Notes under the pieces: model-generated
What the model was told of the DNA's origin: nothing
The model's database searches: none
What the model saw: the letters and a program-made list of their open reading frames with translations, nothing else
Translations under genes and position numbers: made by a program
Shown here: positions 35,385-45,170 of the stretch, piece after piece
Layout: the number at the start of each line of letters is the position of its first letter
Numbering within the stretch: the stretch's first letter is position 1
Source of the DNA: a virus
Lineage: Duplodnaviria > Caudoviricetes
IMG/VR virus record: IMGVR_UViG_3300030085_002014
Location: 1-51,519 of that record
Strand: one strand, 5' to 3'
DNA: 51,519 nucleotides

Positions 35385-37790
35385 ATGGCTATAGAAAAAG
35401 GAATACCATCACAGCTTGATCCAGAAGATCTGGCTGCCGAAGTAGAGCTAGAGGTTCCCGGCAGTATGGAGCCAACGGCGATGGTTGACATGGATGTCGA
35501 AGCAGAGAATATGGACATTGAGATTACCGCTGAGGATGACGGCGGTGTGACCGTGGACTTTGAACCGATGGATCAAAGGGGCACAAGCGATGATTTTTAC
35601 GCTAATTTAGCCGAAGAAATGCCGGATAGAGAGCTTGGACGCATCGCAGGAGAGCTTTTAAGTGAGTTTGACGCTAATAAAGCCAGTCGTCAGGAGTGGG
35701 AAGACGCCTATGCCAACGGTTTGGAGCTGTTAGGGTTCAATTATGAAGAAAGAACACAGCCTTTTAGAGGTTCTTCGGGCGTTACACACCCTCTTTTGGC
35801 CGAAGCAGCGACACAATTCCAAGCACAAGCTTTTAATGAGCTACTTCCGGCCTCGGGTCCTGTCAGAACAGCCATAGTTGGGGCCGAAACACGCGATAAA
35901 CAGCAGCAATCGCAGCGTGTACGCCAATTTATGAACTATTACATCACAAATGTCATGGAAGAATACACACCAGAGCTCGATCAGATGTTATTTTATCTGC
36001 CTTTGGCCGGTTCTACGTTTAAAAAGGTGTATTTTGACGAAAATTTAGGCAGAGCGGTGTCAAAATTCGTGCCGGCAGAGCATTTAGTGGTGCCATATGA
36101 GACTTCTGACCTCGAAACGTGCCCAAATATTACGCAAACACTTCGAATATCGCTAAATGAGCTCAGAAAGAAGCAAATATCGGGGTTTTATCTGGATATT
36201 CCAGTGCTTCCGGGGCAGTCTGAGGGCGATTCTGTAAGCGATGAAATCAACAGAATTGATGGTATGACGCCTTCTCAAATCGATTATGACTGTACTTTGT
36301 TGGAATGTCATGTGGATTTGGATATAGAGGGCTATGAAGAGAAAGATGATGATGGAGAGCCCACAGGCATAAAAGTGCCGTATGTGGTGACAATTAGTCA
36401 GGATAATGGACAGATATTGTCCATACGCCGTAATTATCGTGAAGATGATGATATGAAGCGCAAGATACAGTATTTTGTGCATTATAAGTTTCTACCCGGT
36501 TTTGGTTTTTATGGGTTGGGACTTATTCACACGATTGGCGGGTTGTCACGAACCGCCACAGCGGCACTGAGGCAGCTAATCGACGCCGGTACGTTGTCCA
36601 ACCTTCCTGCGGGTTTTAAAGCCCGTGGACTACGGATCAGGGATGACGATGATCCGCTTCAGCCCGGTGAGTTCCGCGATGTGGACGCTCCCGGAGGGGC
36701 TATTCGTGACAGCCTAATGCCGCTGCCATTTAAAGGTCCTGACGGAACCTTATTCCAGTTACTGGGGTTTGTTGTTGATGCAGGGCGTAGATTTGCCACC
36801 ATCACGGATATGAAGGTCGGTGACGGCAATCAGCAGGCGGCTGTAGGTACAACTATAGCCTTATTGGAACAGGGCTCACGGGTGATGAGTGCGGTGCATA
36901 AGCGCTTGCACTACGCGATGCGACTAGAGTTTAAGATCCTATCTAGGGTGATGAGCGAGAGTTTACCCGGTGAATATCCATATTCTGTTGAGGGAGCGGA
37001 TAGTGCGGTCAAGGCAACAGATTTTGACGATAGAGTAGATGTTATACCGGTATCAGACCCAAATGTCTTTTCACAGGCCCAAAGGATTGCTTTAGCACAA
37101 ACCAAGCTACAGTTGGCAGGAGCAGCACCTGATCTGCACAATATGTATGAAGTATATCGGGATATGTATGATGCGTTAGGTGTTAAGGATACCGATAGGA
37201 TTATGAAGCGTGTACCCGATGAGGAGCCCACTCCAAAAGATCCTGCGCAGGAGAATATAGATGTTATGGATATGGTGGTGTTAAAAGCATTTCAGGGACA
37301 GGACCATGAGTCCCACATTATGGCGCATTTGGTGTTTGGAGCGTCCCCTATGATTGGCGGTATGCCGGCATTAGCTATGGCTCTACAAAAGCACTGTATT
37401 GAGCACGTACAGATACAGGCTGAAGAGATGGCGATGATGGAGATGCGTAATCAGGGACCGATGGCGCCGGAACAGCAGGAGATGCTGATGGAGAGTATCA
37501 AGGCTAAGTTTGTAGCGCAGGGTATGCAGCAGTTGAGACAACTATCACAACAGGCCTCGGGTCAGGGACCAGATCCACTGGTGCAGCTCAAGGAGAAGGA
37601 GTTGCAGCTTAGAGCACAGGCAGAACAGAACGATGCGCAGAACGATCAGGCGAAGCTTAATCTTGAGGCGCAGAATCAAAGAATGCGTGCCGATCAGTTC
37701 CAACAGCGGTTGGCAAGTCAGGAACGACAGACAGGCGCACGTATAGATGCAGCAATGCAAAGGGAGTTTATTAAAAGTAAAGGTCAGTAA
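35385..37790 (+). CDS. Portal protein
   Basis: 801 aa; HPLLAEAATQFQA and FLPGFGFYGLG motifs; position after terL. Confidence 0.9.
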   Translation: MAIEKGIPSQLDPEDLAAEVELEVPGSMEPTAMVDMDVEAENMDIEITAEDDGGVTVDFEPMDQRGTSDDFYANLAEEMPDRELGRIAGELLSEFDANKASRQEWEDAYANGLELLGFNYEERTQPFRGSSGVTHPLLAEAATQFQAQAFNELLPASGPVRTAIVGAETRDKQQQSQRVRQFMNYYITNVMEEYTPELDQMLFYLPLAGSTFKKVYFDENLGRAVSKFVPAEHLVVPYETSDLETCPNITQTLRISLNELRKKQISGFYLDIPVLPGQSEGDSVSDEINRIDGMTPSQIDYDCTLLECHVDLDIEGYEEKDDDGEPTGIKVPYVVTISQDNGQILSIRRNYREDDDMKRKIQYFVHYKFLPGFGFYGLGLIHTIGGLSRTATAALRQLIDAGTLSNLPAGFKARGLRIRDDDDPLQPGEFRDVDAPGGAIRDSLMPLPFKGPDGTLFQLLGFVVDAGRRFATITDMKVGDGNQQAAVGTTIALLEQGSRVMSAVHKRLHYAMRLEFKILSRVMSESLPGEYPYSVEGADSAVKATDFDDRVDVIPVSDPNVFSQAQRIALAQTKLQLAGAAPDLHNMYEVYRDMYDALGVKDTDRIMKRVPDEEPTPKDPAQENIDVMDMVVLKAFQGQDHESHIMAHLVFGASPMIGGMPALAMALQKHCIEHVQIQAEEMAMMEMRNQGPMAPEQQEMLMESIKAKFVAQGMQQLRQLSQQASGQGPDPLVQLKEKELQLRAQAEQNDAQNDQAKLNLEAQNQRMRADQFQQRLASQERQTGARIDAAMQREFIKSKGQ

Positions 37791-37813
37791 ACCATGAAAC
37801 TACGGGAAAAACT

Positions 37814-38311
37814 ATGTTCGATCCAGTCACTATTTCTGCGGCTGTAGCCACGGCTTCCACGGCGTTCTCGGGAATTAAGCGCGCCTTTCAGGCGGGCCGC
37901 GATCTTGAAAGTATGTCACAGGATCTGTCGAGATGGATGGGTGCTGTATCCGACGTAGATGCGGCACATAAGTCCGCTAAGAATCCTACAATGCTTCGTA
38001 AAGTATTTGGCGGGGGCACGGTAGAACAAGAGGCCATCGAAGCTTTTGCAGCAAAAAAGAAGCTAGAAGAGCAGCGATATGAGTTACAGCAATTTATTAA
38101 GTTTACGCACGGAACGGCCGCGTGGGATGAGCTTTTACGTATGGAAGGTCAGATACGGAAGCGTAGGCAACAGGAGATATATGATAAAAAGATATTTAGA
38201 GAAAAAGTTATTGGCATCGTGGCACTTACCGTTGTGCTTGCTGTTGGCTTGGGTCTTCTTGGCCTCTTCGTCTACTCCCTTATGGGACTTGACAGGGGAT
38301 GGTTCAACTAA
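37814..38311 (+). CDS. Membrane-anchored protein at the start of the lysis module
   Basis: MFDPVTISAAVA... coiled coil with a C-terminal transmembrane segment. Confidence 0.7.
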   Translation: MFDPVTISAAVATASTAFSGIKRAFQAGRDLESMSQDLSRWMGAVSDVDAAHKSAKNPTMLRKVFGGGTVEQEAIEAFAAKKKLEEQRYELQQFIKFTHGTAAWDELLRMEGQIRKRRQQEIYDKKIFREKVIGIVALTVVLAVGLGLLGLFVYSLMGLDRGWFN

Positions 38312-38687
38312 GTGTGTTCGTAAACAAGGCGGTCAGGAGACATTTGAATGGCTTTGTGCGCATGAAAGTGTGATATATTTAGCACAATCAGAAAATATTA
38401 TTCAGTGTTTTAGCTGTTTTTTAAAAAAATTTAGTGACTGGACTTGGGAGCAGGAGATTAGACGCGGTGTTCGTGAGGATCCAAAATATGTCACGTGCAG
38501 ACGATATAAAAGAAAAAAAGCCAAGAATGGACAACACGTTTGTCTATACAAAGGCGCAAATGATACATATACTTTGGTGGTAGAGGGTGAGTGTCCCGTC
38601 GAGTTTCAATGTAAATATGAACCGGGGGGTCAGGAACCTAATATAGACAGCGTAGTGGATTCATTAAATGAAAGCTTTAAAAAATGA
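38181..38687 (+). CDS. Cys-rich, possibly secreted protein overlapping the upstream gene (start uncertain)
   Basis: Hydrophobic LPLCLLLAWVFLA segment followed by several Cys (VTCRR...VCLY.GAN...CP..FQC). Confidence 0.5.
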   Translation: MIKRYLEKKLLASWHLPLCLLLAWVFLASSSTPLWDLTGDGSTKCVRKQGGQETFEWLCAHESVIYLAQSENIIQCFSCFLKKFSDWTWEQEIRRGVREDPKYVTCRRYKRKKAKNGQHVCLYKGANDTYTLVVEGECPVEFQCKYEPGGQEPNIDSVVDSLNESFKK

Positions 38688-38908
38688 CACCAGAAACACT
38701 TAACAGATGGCAAATAGTTCCCAGATTTATGATGATTGTTATGACATTAGTTTACATAAGATGCATAGAATATGCGTTAGCACAACCAGAACTTAGCACG
38801 CAGATGGCATCTCTGATATCGGTTGTAACTGGAGCGATGACAGGAAGTTTTGCCGTATTCATAAACAAAGAATCAAAAGGAGGAGAGATTAAAGATGGCA
38901 GCGAATAG
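38684..38908 (+). CDS. Two-TM holin-like membrane protein
   Basis: W.IVPRFM... and ISVVTGAMTGSFAV hydrophobic segments. Confidence 0.6.
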   Translation: MTPETLNRWQIVPRFMMIVMTLVYIRCIEYALAQPELSTQMASLISVVTGAMTGSFAVFINKESKGGEIKDGSE

Positions 38909-39164
38909 AAGAGGAGATTTTGCTACTTTAACACATAGAGGTAGACAAAAAGTAAAGATGGGTGGTGGTGATAAAGAGTTAAAATCTTTGGAAAAACAAC
39001 TGGCCTCTTTGGAAAATAATATTTATGGGGTGCCTCGTATCATTGCAGAAGATGCAAAGAAATTAAAATTAGAGAAGGGCAAAGGTAGTATACGTTACAC
39101 TAAACCAATATATCATCCTGACGGGACAGTCACGCCCGGCAGACCCATACCACCAAAGGATTAA
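38895..39164 (+). CDS. Small basic hypothetical protein
   Basis: AGGAG RBS; contains KMGGG. Confidence 0.6.
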   Translation: MAANRRGDFATLTHRGRQKVKMGGGDKELKSLEKQLASLENNIYGVPRIIAEDAKKLKLEKGKGSIRYTKPIYHPDGTVTPGRPIPPKD

Positions 39165-39166
39165 TT

Positions 39167-39529
39167 ATGATACAAGCACTTATAGGTTCTATTGGTAGTC
39201 TTGCTTCTTCATATTTAGAAGGCAAGACCGCTATTCAAAAAGCTGAAGCGACTATACGTATGAAAGAAGCGACAGGTGAGATTGATTGGGATCTGGCTGC
39301 TATGCGCGCATCACAGTCCTCATGGAAGGACGAATGGTTGACCCTGCTCTTCAGTATTCCTCTTGTGCTAAGTTTTTGTGGGGAGTGGGGCCGAGGTATA
39401 GTAGCAGATGGGTTTGAAGCACTCGCGGGTATGCCTCAGTGGTATCAAATCGCGTTAGGAGCTATTGTATCGGCGAGCTTCGCCACACGGTCTGCTTCTA
39501 AGCTGTTCAACATGAGGAAAAAGAAATAG
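39167..39529 (+). CDS. Holin (GTA 3TM-like)
   Basis: SWKDEWLTLLFSIPLV...PQWYQ..LG.IV.ASF. Confidence 0.7.
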   Translation: MIQALIGSIGSLASSYLEGKTAIQKAEATIRMKEATGEIDWDLAAMRASQSSWKDEWLTLLFSIPLVLSFCGEWGRGIVADGFEALAGMPQWYQIALGAIVSASFATRSASKLFNMRKKK

Positions 39530-39750
39530 ACTCCACTAAGTGTGATGTCTGTGGCCACGATATGGAATACGTAGACGGAAGTTTACGTTGTAAATATTGT
39601 CAATACTTCTATGATATGAACAAAGAGTGGATAGATTTTGTCCACAAAAAGCAGGAGAAACAAGATGGCATTCAAACTATCAAACAGGAGTCTGTCCAAA
39701 CTGGAGGGCGTAAGCAACGATCTGGTAGAGACAGTAAAAAAGGCGATTGA
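39526..39750 (+). CDS. Small zinc-ribbon protein (start probably upstream of ATG 39562, possibly ATA 39526)
   Basis: In-frame KCDVCGHDMEYVDGSLRCKYC; the first CxxC lies upstream of the annotated ATG. Confidence 0.5.
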   Translation: MDSTKCDVCGHDMEYVDGSLRCKYCQYFYDMNKEWIDFVHKKQEKQDGIQTIKQESVQTGGRKQRSGRDSKKGD

Positions 39751-40132
39751 GCTGACATCCGTCGATTTTGGCGTGATTTATGGACCCCGAACTATTACAG
39801 AACAAGAGAAACTTGTAGCCACGGGTCGATCACAAACTATGAAGTCAAAGCACTTATTACAAGATGATGGCACGGCACACGCCGTCGATTTAATGGCGTA
39901 CCAAGACGGAGCGCCGTGTTGGGAAATTCAGGTCTATGATGAGATAGCCGATGCTATGAAAGAGGCGGCTGTGCGTACAGGTACTAAAATTAGGTGGGGC
40001 GCCGCATGGCAAATAGATGACCTTCGTGACTGGGAGGGCACCGCAGAAGAAGCTATGAACGCATATATCGATTTACGTCGCTCCCAAGGCCGTCGCCCGT
40101 TCATTGACGGTCCGCATTTCGAAAAGAACTAG
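39665..40132 (+). CDS. Endolysin, peptidase M15 (L-Ala-D-Glu peptidase-like)
   Basis: R...EQ..LV, SKH, AVDL, WG and DGPHFE motifs. Confidence 0.88.
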   Translation: MAFKLSNRSLSKLEGVSNDLVETVKKAIELTSVDFGVIYGPRTITEQEKLVATGRSQTMKSKHLLQDDGTAHAVDLMAYQDGAPCWEIQVYDEIADAMKEAAVRTGTKIRWGAAWQIDDLRDWEGTAEEAMNAYIDLRRSQGRRPFIDGPHFEKN

Positions 40133-40187
40133 ACAAGCCTTATATTTTCGCATAATACTAAATTAAGTCTTATCTGGAGTTAAGTTT

Positions 40188-40385
40188 TTGGACGGAGTAC
40201 AACTGGCACAGGCCATTTATAGAATTATTGATGATCGTAAATCATTTGTGCAAGAACAATTACTTTTCGACCAGATTAAAAATATGGATCAATATCGTGA
40301 GATGATGGGTAATCTATCTGCCCTTAATCATGTGGAACAGGAACTCAAGAGCCTGCTAGATAAACAGGAGCGTTTAAATGAATAA
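40188..40385 (+). CDS. Conserved hypothetical preceding GroES
   Basis: GGAG RBS, TTG start, YREMMGNL.AL motif. Confidence 0.7.
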   Translation: MDGVQLAQAIYRIIDDRKSFVQEQLLFDQIKNMDQYREMMGNLSALNHVEQELKSLLDKQERLNE

Positions 40386-40791
40386 AGAAACCGTAGCGGA
40401 AGCGTATGTGGATGCAAAAGATAAAGTTTTAAATCCAGAGGCGTTAAGCGCAACACTTTTAGAAAGAATGCCCACCCCGACTGGGTGGCGACTTTTAATT
40501 CTACCCTACAAAGGTAAAGGCAAAACAGAAGGCGGTATTTACTTACCGGACCAAGTTGTCGAAGAAAATACCGTATCAACACAGGTTGGGTATGTATTAA
40601 AAGTTGGAGACTTAGCTTTTAAAGATAAAGAAAAGTTTCCTACAGGGGCATGGTGTGAAGCGGGTAATTGGGTTATGTTTGCCCGATATGCCGGGTCACG
40701 CTTTAAAATAGATGGGGGCGAGGTAAGGATACTTAATGACGATGAGATCCTTGCAAAGATACTCGAGCCTGAAGACATTTTGCATTTCTAG
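40378..40791 (+). CDS. groES: Co-chaperonin GroES
   Basis: PTGWRLLILP, KTEGGIYL, G.V..VG, YAG and ILNDDEILA motifs. Confidence 0.9.
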   Translation: MNKETVAEAYVDAKDKVLNPEALSATLLERMPTPTGWRLLILPYKGKGKTEGGIYLPDQVVEENTVSTQVGYVLKVGDLAFKDKEKFPTGAWCEAGNWVMFARYAGSRFKIDGGEVRILNDDEILAKILEPEDILHF

Positions 40792-40800
40792 GAGTAAATA

Positions 40801-41661
40801 ATGGCAGAGCAACAAATAGAACTTGAGCTTGAAGAAGATCAGGACACCGAAGTAGAGGTGAAGCAGGACGAAAAAGAGGAAGAAAAGGTAGAGGCTGTCG
40901 AGGCCGAGAAACCGGACAACTTTGAAAAAGCGGAATCTGCAACACAAAAACGTATTGATCGTTTGACCAAAAAAATGCGTGAGGCAGAACGTCAGCGCGA
41001 AGAAGCAATAAACTATGCACAAAAAGTGCAGGCAGAATCTACAGAACTTAGAAACCGTATGAATACTTTGGACACAAACTATGTCACAGAGTATAGCACA
41101 CGGGTAGAATCTCAGATGACAGCAGCCGAACAGGAAATGGCTAAAGCTATGGAAGTAGGCGACACTAACGCTGTTGTTGAGGCGCAACGTAAAATCACCG
41201 CATTAGCGATTGAGAATGACCGAGCGCAGCAGGCTAAACAACAACAGGAGCGGTTGGCTAAACAACAAGAAGAGCAGCCCCAACCGCAACCACAACCACA
41301 ACAACCTGCACGAAAACCATCACCAAAGGCTGAAGCATGGGCCTCTAAAAATGACTGGTTTGGGCAGGATGAAGCAATGACATATGCAGCTTTTGGTATT
41401 CATAAAAAATTAATTGAGGAAGAAGGATTTGACCCGAACTCCGATGAGTACTATACTGAACTCGACAGACGAGTGCAGACAGAGTTTCCGCATAAGTTTA
41501 ACGGGGGAAGCAAACGACCCGCTCAGACGGTAGCTTCCGTGTCCCGCACAACCACTGGGCGCAGTAGTAGTAAAAAGGTTAGACTCACCCCTAGCCAAGT
41601 TGCAATAGCTAAAAAATTGGGTGTGCCACTTGAAGAATACGCGAAATACGTGAAGGAGTAA
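40801..41661 (+). CDS. Capsid scaffolding protein
   Basis: Acidic N-terminus, long coiled coil, W..KN.WF and C-terminal LTPSQVAIAKKLGV..EEYAK. Confidence 0.75.
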   Translation: MAEQQIELELEEDQDTEVEVKQDEKEEEKVEAVEAEKPDNFEKAESATQKRIDRLTKKMREAERQREEAINYAQKVQAESTELRNRMNTLDTNYVTEYSTRVESQMTAAEQEMAKAMEVGDTNAVVEAQRKITALAIENDRAQQAKQQQERLAKQQEEQPQPQPQPQQPARKPSPKAEAWASKNDWFGQDEAMTYAAFGIHKKLIEEEGFDPNSDEYYTELDRRVQTEFPHKFNGGSKRPAQTVASVSRTTTGRSSSKKVRLTPSQVAIAKKLGVPLEEYAKYVKE

Positions 41662-41666
41662 GTTAA

Positions 41667-42155
41667 ATGGCTGAAGAACAAAATGAAATGTTTGAGAATA
41701 CTGTGAAGCGAACTTCTCGCGCTGAAACAACTAGGGAGAAGTCGGTTAGGCGTAAACCATGGGCTCCCCCATCTATGTTAGACGCACCACCTGCGCCTGA
41801 TGGATTTAAGCATCGTTGGATACGAGCAGAAACTCGAGGCTTTAATGATAGCAAGAATATCAGTGCAAAAATGAGAGAGGGTTGGGAGCTTGTCCGTAAG
41901 GATGAGTATCCAGACTTTGAAGCCCCTGTTGTTGACTCAGGTAAATATGAAGGTGTTTTTGGCGTAGGAGGATTGCTTCTCGCTCGGATACCAAATGAAA
42001 CTGTGGCCGAAAGAACTGATTACTTTTCACAAAGGAATGCAGATCAGATGACCGCAGTGGATCAGGACATGATGAGAGAGAATGCACATTCAACCATGAC
42101 AATCAGTAAACCTGATCGTCAGTCTCGCGTGACCTTTGGAGGTTCACAGAAATGA
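41667..42155 (+). CDS. Conserved head-module protein
   Basis: WAPPSMLDAP..PDG..HRWIR...REGWE. Confidence 0.7.
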   Translation: MAEEQNEMFENTVKRTSRAETTREKSVRRKPWAPPSMLDAPPAPDGFKHRWIRAETRGFNDSKNISAKMREGWELVRKDEYPDFEAPVVDSGKYEGVFGVGGLLLARIPNETVAERTDYFSQRNADQMTAVDQDMMRENAHSTMTISKPDRQSRVTFGGSQK

Positions 42156-42179
42156 AACTTTTTTTAATAGGAGGCCCAA

Positions 42180-42812
42180 ATGGCTAATAGTCTTACTGGA
42201 GGTTATGGTCTACGTCCTATTGGAATGACAGGTGGCGGTTATAATACCACTGGTACAACCATGTATGAAATTGCCAATAACTACACTACTGCGATTTATC
42301 AAGGTGGCATTGTTATTCCTTTAGCAGGTGGAACCATTGCTATATCAGATCAGGCTGTTGCTCCCCTTGGTGTTTTTTATGGTTGTGAATTTGTTGATTC
42401 TGGTACAAAGAAAACAACTTTTAAAAACTACTGGCCGGGTAGTAACAACGTAAGCGTTGACACAAATTTTCCTGTGAAAGCGTTTGTATATGACAATCCA
42501 ATGCAGCTATATACTGTAGTTGCTGATGGAACAAACACTAATCGAGCGACCGCTCTAGCTGATGTTTTTGCTAACTGTGACATGGCAAGTGTAAACGACG
42601 GCTCTACCAACACAGGTAGATCTACCGATATGCTTGACATAAGCACTGCGGCAACTACAGCAAACTTAGATGTTCGTATTGTTGGTCTTTACGAAGACGA
42701 AGGTAATACAGATTATTCTGCTGTTGGACATCAGTATGTAGTGCGATTAAACGCTCCGTTTAACTCAGGTTTTGCTGCTGCCGTTGGCACCGCAGCGAAC
42801 ACCGGTATATAA
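42180..42812 (+). CDS. Capsid decoration / minor head protein
   Basis: YGLRP...GVFYGCE...V.DNP motifs; immediately before the major capsid gene. Confidence 0.6.
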   Translation: MANSLTGGYGLRPIGMTGGGYNTTGTTMYEIANNYTTAIYQGGIVIPLAGGTIAISDQAVAPLGVFYGCEFVDSGTKKTTFKNYWPGSNNVSVDTNFPVKAFVYDNPMQLYTVVADGTNTNRATALADVFANCDMASVNDGSTNTGRSTDMLDISTAATTANLDVRIVGLYEDEGNTDYSAVGHQYVVRLNAPFNSGFAAAVGTAANTGI

Positions 42813-42824
42813 GGAGGTTAAGTT

Positions 42825-43733
42825 ATGTCTGCAATTAGTAGAGCCCAACTAGCAAAAGAGCTAGAACCCGGACTTAACGCCTTATTTGGTCTTGAGTACG
42901 ACAGATACGAAAATGAGCACGCAGAAATCTTTGACGAAGAGTCTTCGGACAGAGCGTTTGAAGAGGAAGTAATGCTTGCAGGTTTCAGCACTGCGCCAAC
43001 AAAAGAAGAAGGAAGCACTGTTTCCTTTGACTCAGCGCAGGAAACTTTCACAGCACGCTATACTCACGAGACAATCGCTCTAGCTTTTGCTATTACAGAG
43101 GAAGCTATCGAAGATAATCTTTACGACAGATTAGCGTCCCGATACACAAAGGCTTTGGCTAGATCCATGGCTCAGACAAAGCAGATTAAAGCTGCTGCGA
43201 TCCTGAACAATGCGTTTAGCTCAAGTAGTGCTATTGGTGATGGTGCTGCTTTATGTTCATCTTCACATCCATCATTAAACGGCAACCAGAGAAACTTGCT
43301 TTCCACTGCTGCTGATCTTAATGAAACTTCATTGGAGCAGATGTTAATTGACATCGCCGGTCTAACCGACGAAAGAGGTCTAAAGATTGCTGTTAGAGGT
43401 ATGAAACTAATCATACCAAAAGAGCTTCAGTTTGTTGCTGAAAGAGTGTTGAACTCTAATCTAAGACCGGGAACATCTGACAACGACGCAAACGCTATCA
43501 ATAACATGGGTATGCTACCACAAGGTGCTGTAGTAAACCATTTCTTGACAGACACGGATGCGTTTTTCATCAAAACAGATGCACCAAATGGCTTTAAATA
43601 CTTTAATCGTGCACCGATTAAGACAGCCATGGAAGGTGACTTTGACACCGGCAATATGAGGTTCAAGGCTAGAGAGCGTTATAGCTTTGGAGTTTCAGAT
43701 TGGCGTTGTGTGTTCGGTACGCCGGGCGCATAA
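42825..43733 (+). CDS. Major capsid protein
   Basis: ISRAQLAKELEPGLNALFG...KARERYSFGVSDWR; strong GGAGG RBS; followed by a terminator. Confidence 0.9.
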   Translation: MSAISRAQLAKELEPGLNALFGLEYDRYENEHAEIFDEESSDRAFEEEVMLAGFSTAPTKEEGSTVSFDSAQETFTARYTHETIALAFAITEEAIEDNLYDRLASRYTKALARSMAQTKQIKAAAILNNAFSSSSAIGDGAALCSSSHPSLNGNQRNLLSTAADLNETSLEQMLIDIAGLTDERGLKIAVRGMKLIIPKELQFVAERVLNSNLRPGTSDNDANAINNMGMLPQGAVVNHFLTDTDAFFIKTDAPNGFKYFNRAPIKTAMEGDFDTGNMRFKARERYSFGVSDWRCVFGTPGA

Positions 43734-43758
43734 TATTTCCTTCAAAACCTAAATATTT

Positions 43759-43797
43759 GAGGGCGGCTCTTGTCGCCCTCTTTTTTTTGTGTATAAT
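43759..43797 (+). terminator. Terminator after the major capsid gene with an overlapping extended -10 promoter
   Basis: GAGGGCGGC-TCTT-GTCGCCCTC plus T8, then TGTGTATAAT. Confidence 0.8.
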
Positions 43798-43804
43798 TAA
43801 ATTA

Positions 43805-43847
43805 CCTTGACAGTTACATGGTGTAACTGACATTTGCCAAGACAAGG
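43805..43847 (+). promoter_or_regulatory. Structured 5' leader occluding the RBS
   Basis: CCTTG/CAAGG outer stem enclosing a CAGTTACA-TGG-TGTAACTG hairpin. Confidence 0.55.
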
Positions 43848-43855
43848 AGATAAAC

Positions 43856-44476
43856 ATGGGCAATTCAACTTTTTCCGGTCCGGTACGTGCGATCGGAGGT
43901 TTCAAAGCAGTAAATAAAGCAAGTGCCACAGGTGCTTTTACAGAAACAGGCTTTTCTGTAAATTCAACAGGTCAGCTTATTTCTTTGGGAACCAGAAAAA
44001 TACAAACATTTGCAGGTACATTAGCCGGAACAGACACAAGCACACAATATGCTGACGGAGACGTTCTTGTTGAATTAGGAACACTTAATACAGATCATCC
44101 AGATGATTTGGTAACAGCTACTAAGTTTTTCATACATAAGGCTGTTGTTGGTATTACCACTGCGGCAGGTCAAACTCTTGTTGGATCACTGCAACTAAGT
44201 GCTACCTCTGGTACAGCTACTAACGCAGCGGTATCTTCTGGTACAGAAATTGTTGGTGCAGGTGTGGCCGCTTTCTCACCTACACTATCAGCAGCTCTAT
44301 CTGTTACAGAGATTGATATAAACTTCAATAATTCTGCCGGTAATTTTCATGTGTTTGAACCAAATGTGGCAGTAGCTATTGCAAGTAAACATCTGTACGC
44401 AGCCGCTACAACAACACTTAATGCAGACGCAACTGCGGGAAGATTTACAGTAGAATTAGAATACTCAGTATTCTAG
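43856..44476 (+). CDS. Virion structural protein
   Basis: N-terminus MGNSTFSGPVR, beta-rich. Confidence 0.7.
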   Translation: MGNSTFSGPVRAIGGFKAVNKASATGAFTETGFSVNSTGQLISLGTRKIQTFAGTLAGTDTSTQYADGDVLVELGTLNTDHPDDLVTATKFFIHKAVVGITTAAGQTLVGSLQLSATSGTATNAAVSSGTEIVGAGVAAFSPTLSAALSVTEIDINFNNSAGNFHVFEPNVAVAIASKHLYAAATTTLNADATAGRFTVELEYSVF

Positions 44477-44485
44477 GAGGGTAAC

Positions 44486-44890
44486 ATGGCTGATGCAGTA
44501 ACCTCACAAACTCTTGTCGATAATGACAAAACTCTTGTGATGAAGTTTACGAACATTTCAGATGGAACTGGTGAATCTGCGGTAAAAAAGGTTGATGTTA
44601 GTGCCTTAAACACTAATGGTCATGGTCAGACTTGCACAAATGTCACTATAGATAAGATATGGTGGCAGTGCATTGGCATGAAAGTTAGAATGTTTTTCGA
44701 TGCTACATCAGATGCTTTTATAATAGAGTTAGGCGAAAACCAAAGTGGTCACCACGACTACAGTGAGTTTGGTGGTCTTAAAAACAATGCAGGGTCTGGC
44801 GTGACTGGCGATATTGATTTTACGACAGTTGGACACTCTAGTGCAGATACGTATACCGTCATTCTGATGATGCGTAAGAACTATGACTAA
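44486..44890 (+). CDS. Conserved virion-associated protein
   Basis: MADAVTSQT...KFTNISDGTGESAV.KVDVSAL. Confidence 0.75.
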   Translation: MADAVTSQTLVDNDKTLVMKFTNISDGTGESAVKKVDVSALNTNGHGQTCTNVTIDKIWWQCIGMKVRMFFDATSDAFIIELGENQSGHHDYSEFGGLKNNAGSGVTGDIDFTTVGHSSADTYTVILMMRKNYD

Positions 44891-45170
44891 ACGTAGGCGA
44901 GATAAGCAACCGCCTAAAACTAAAAAGTATTTCCGCTCCACAAAGTCTGGGGCGGGAATGACTGCCGCCGGTGTTGCAAAATACAGACGCGATAATCCGG
45001 GTAGTAAGTTAAAAACCGCTGTTACCAAGAAGAAAAACCTAACAGCAAAAGAAAAAGCAAGGCGTAAGTCCTTTTGTGCACGAAGCGCCGGACAGATGAA
45101 AAAGTTTCCAAAAGCGGCTAAAAATCCAAATAGTCGTTTACGGCAAGCAAGGAGAAGATGGCGATGTTAA
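44883..45170 (+). CDS. Small basic protein (DUF6321-like)
   Basis: NPGSKLKTAV...RRKSFCARS.GQ...RW.C. Confidence 0.75.
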   Translation: MTKRRRDKQPPKTKKYFRSTKSGAGMTAAGVAKYRRDNPGSKLKTAVTKKKNLTAKEKARRKSFCARSAGQMKKFPKAAKNPNSRLRQARRRWRC

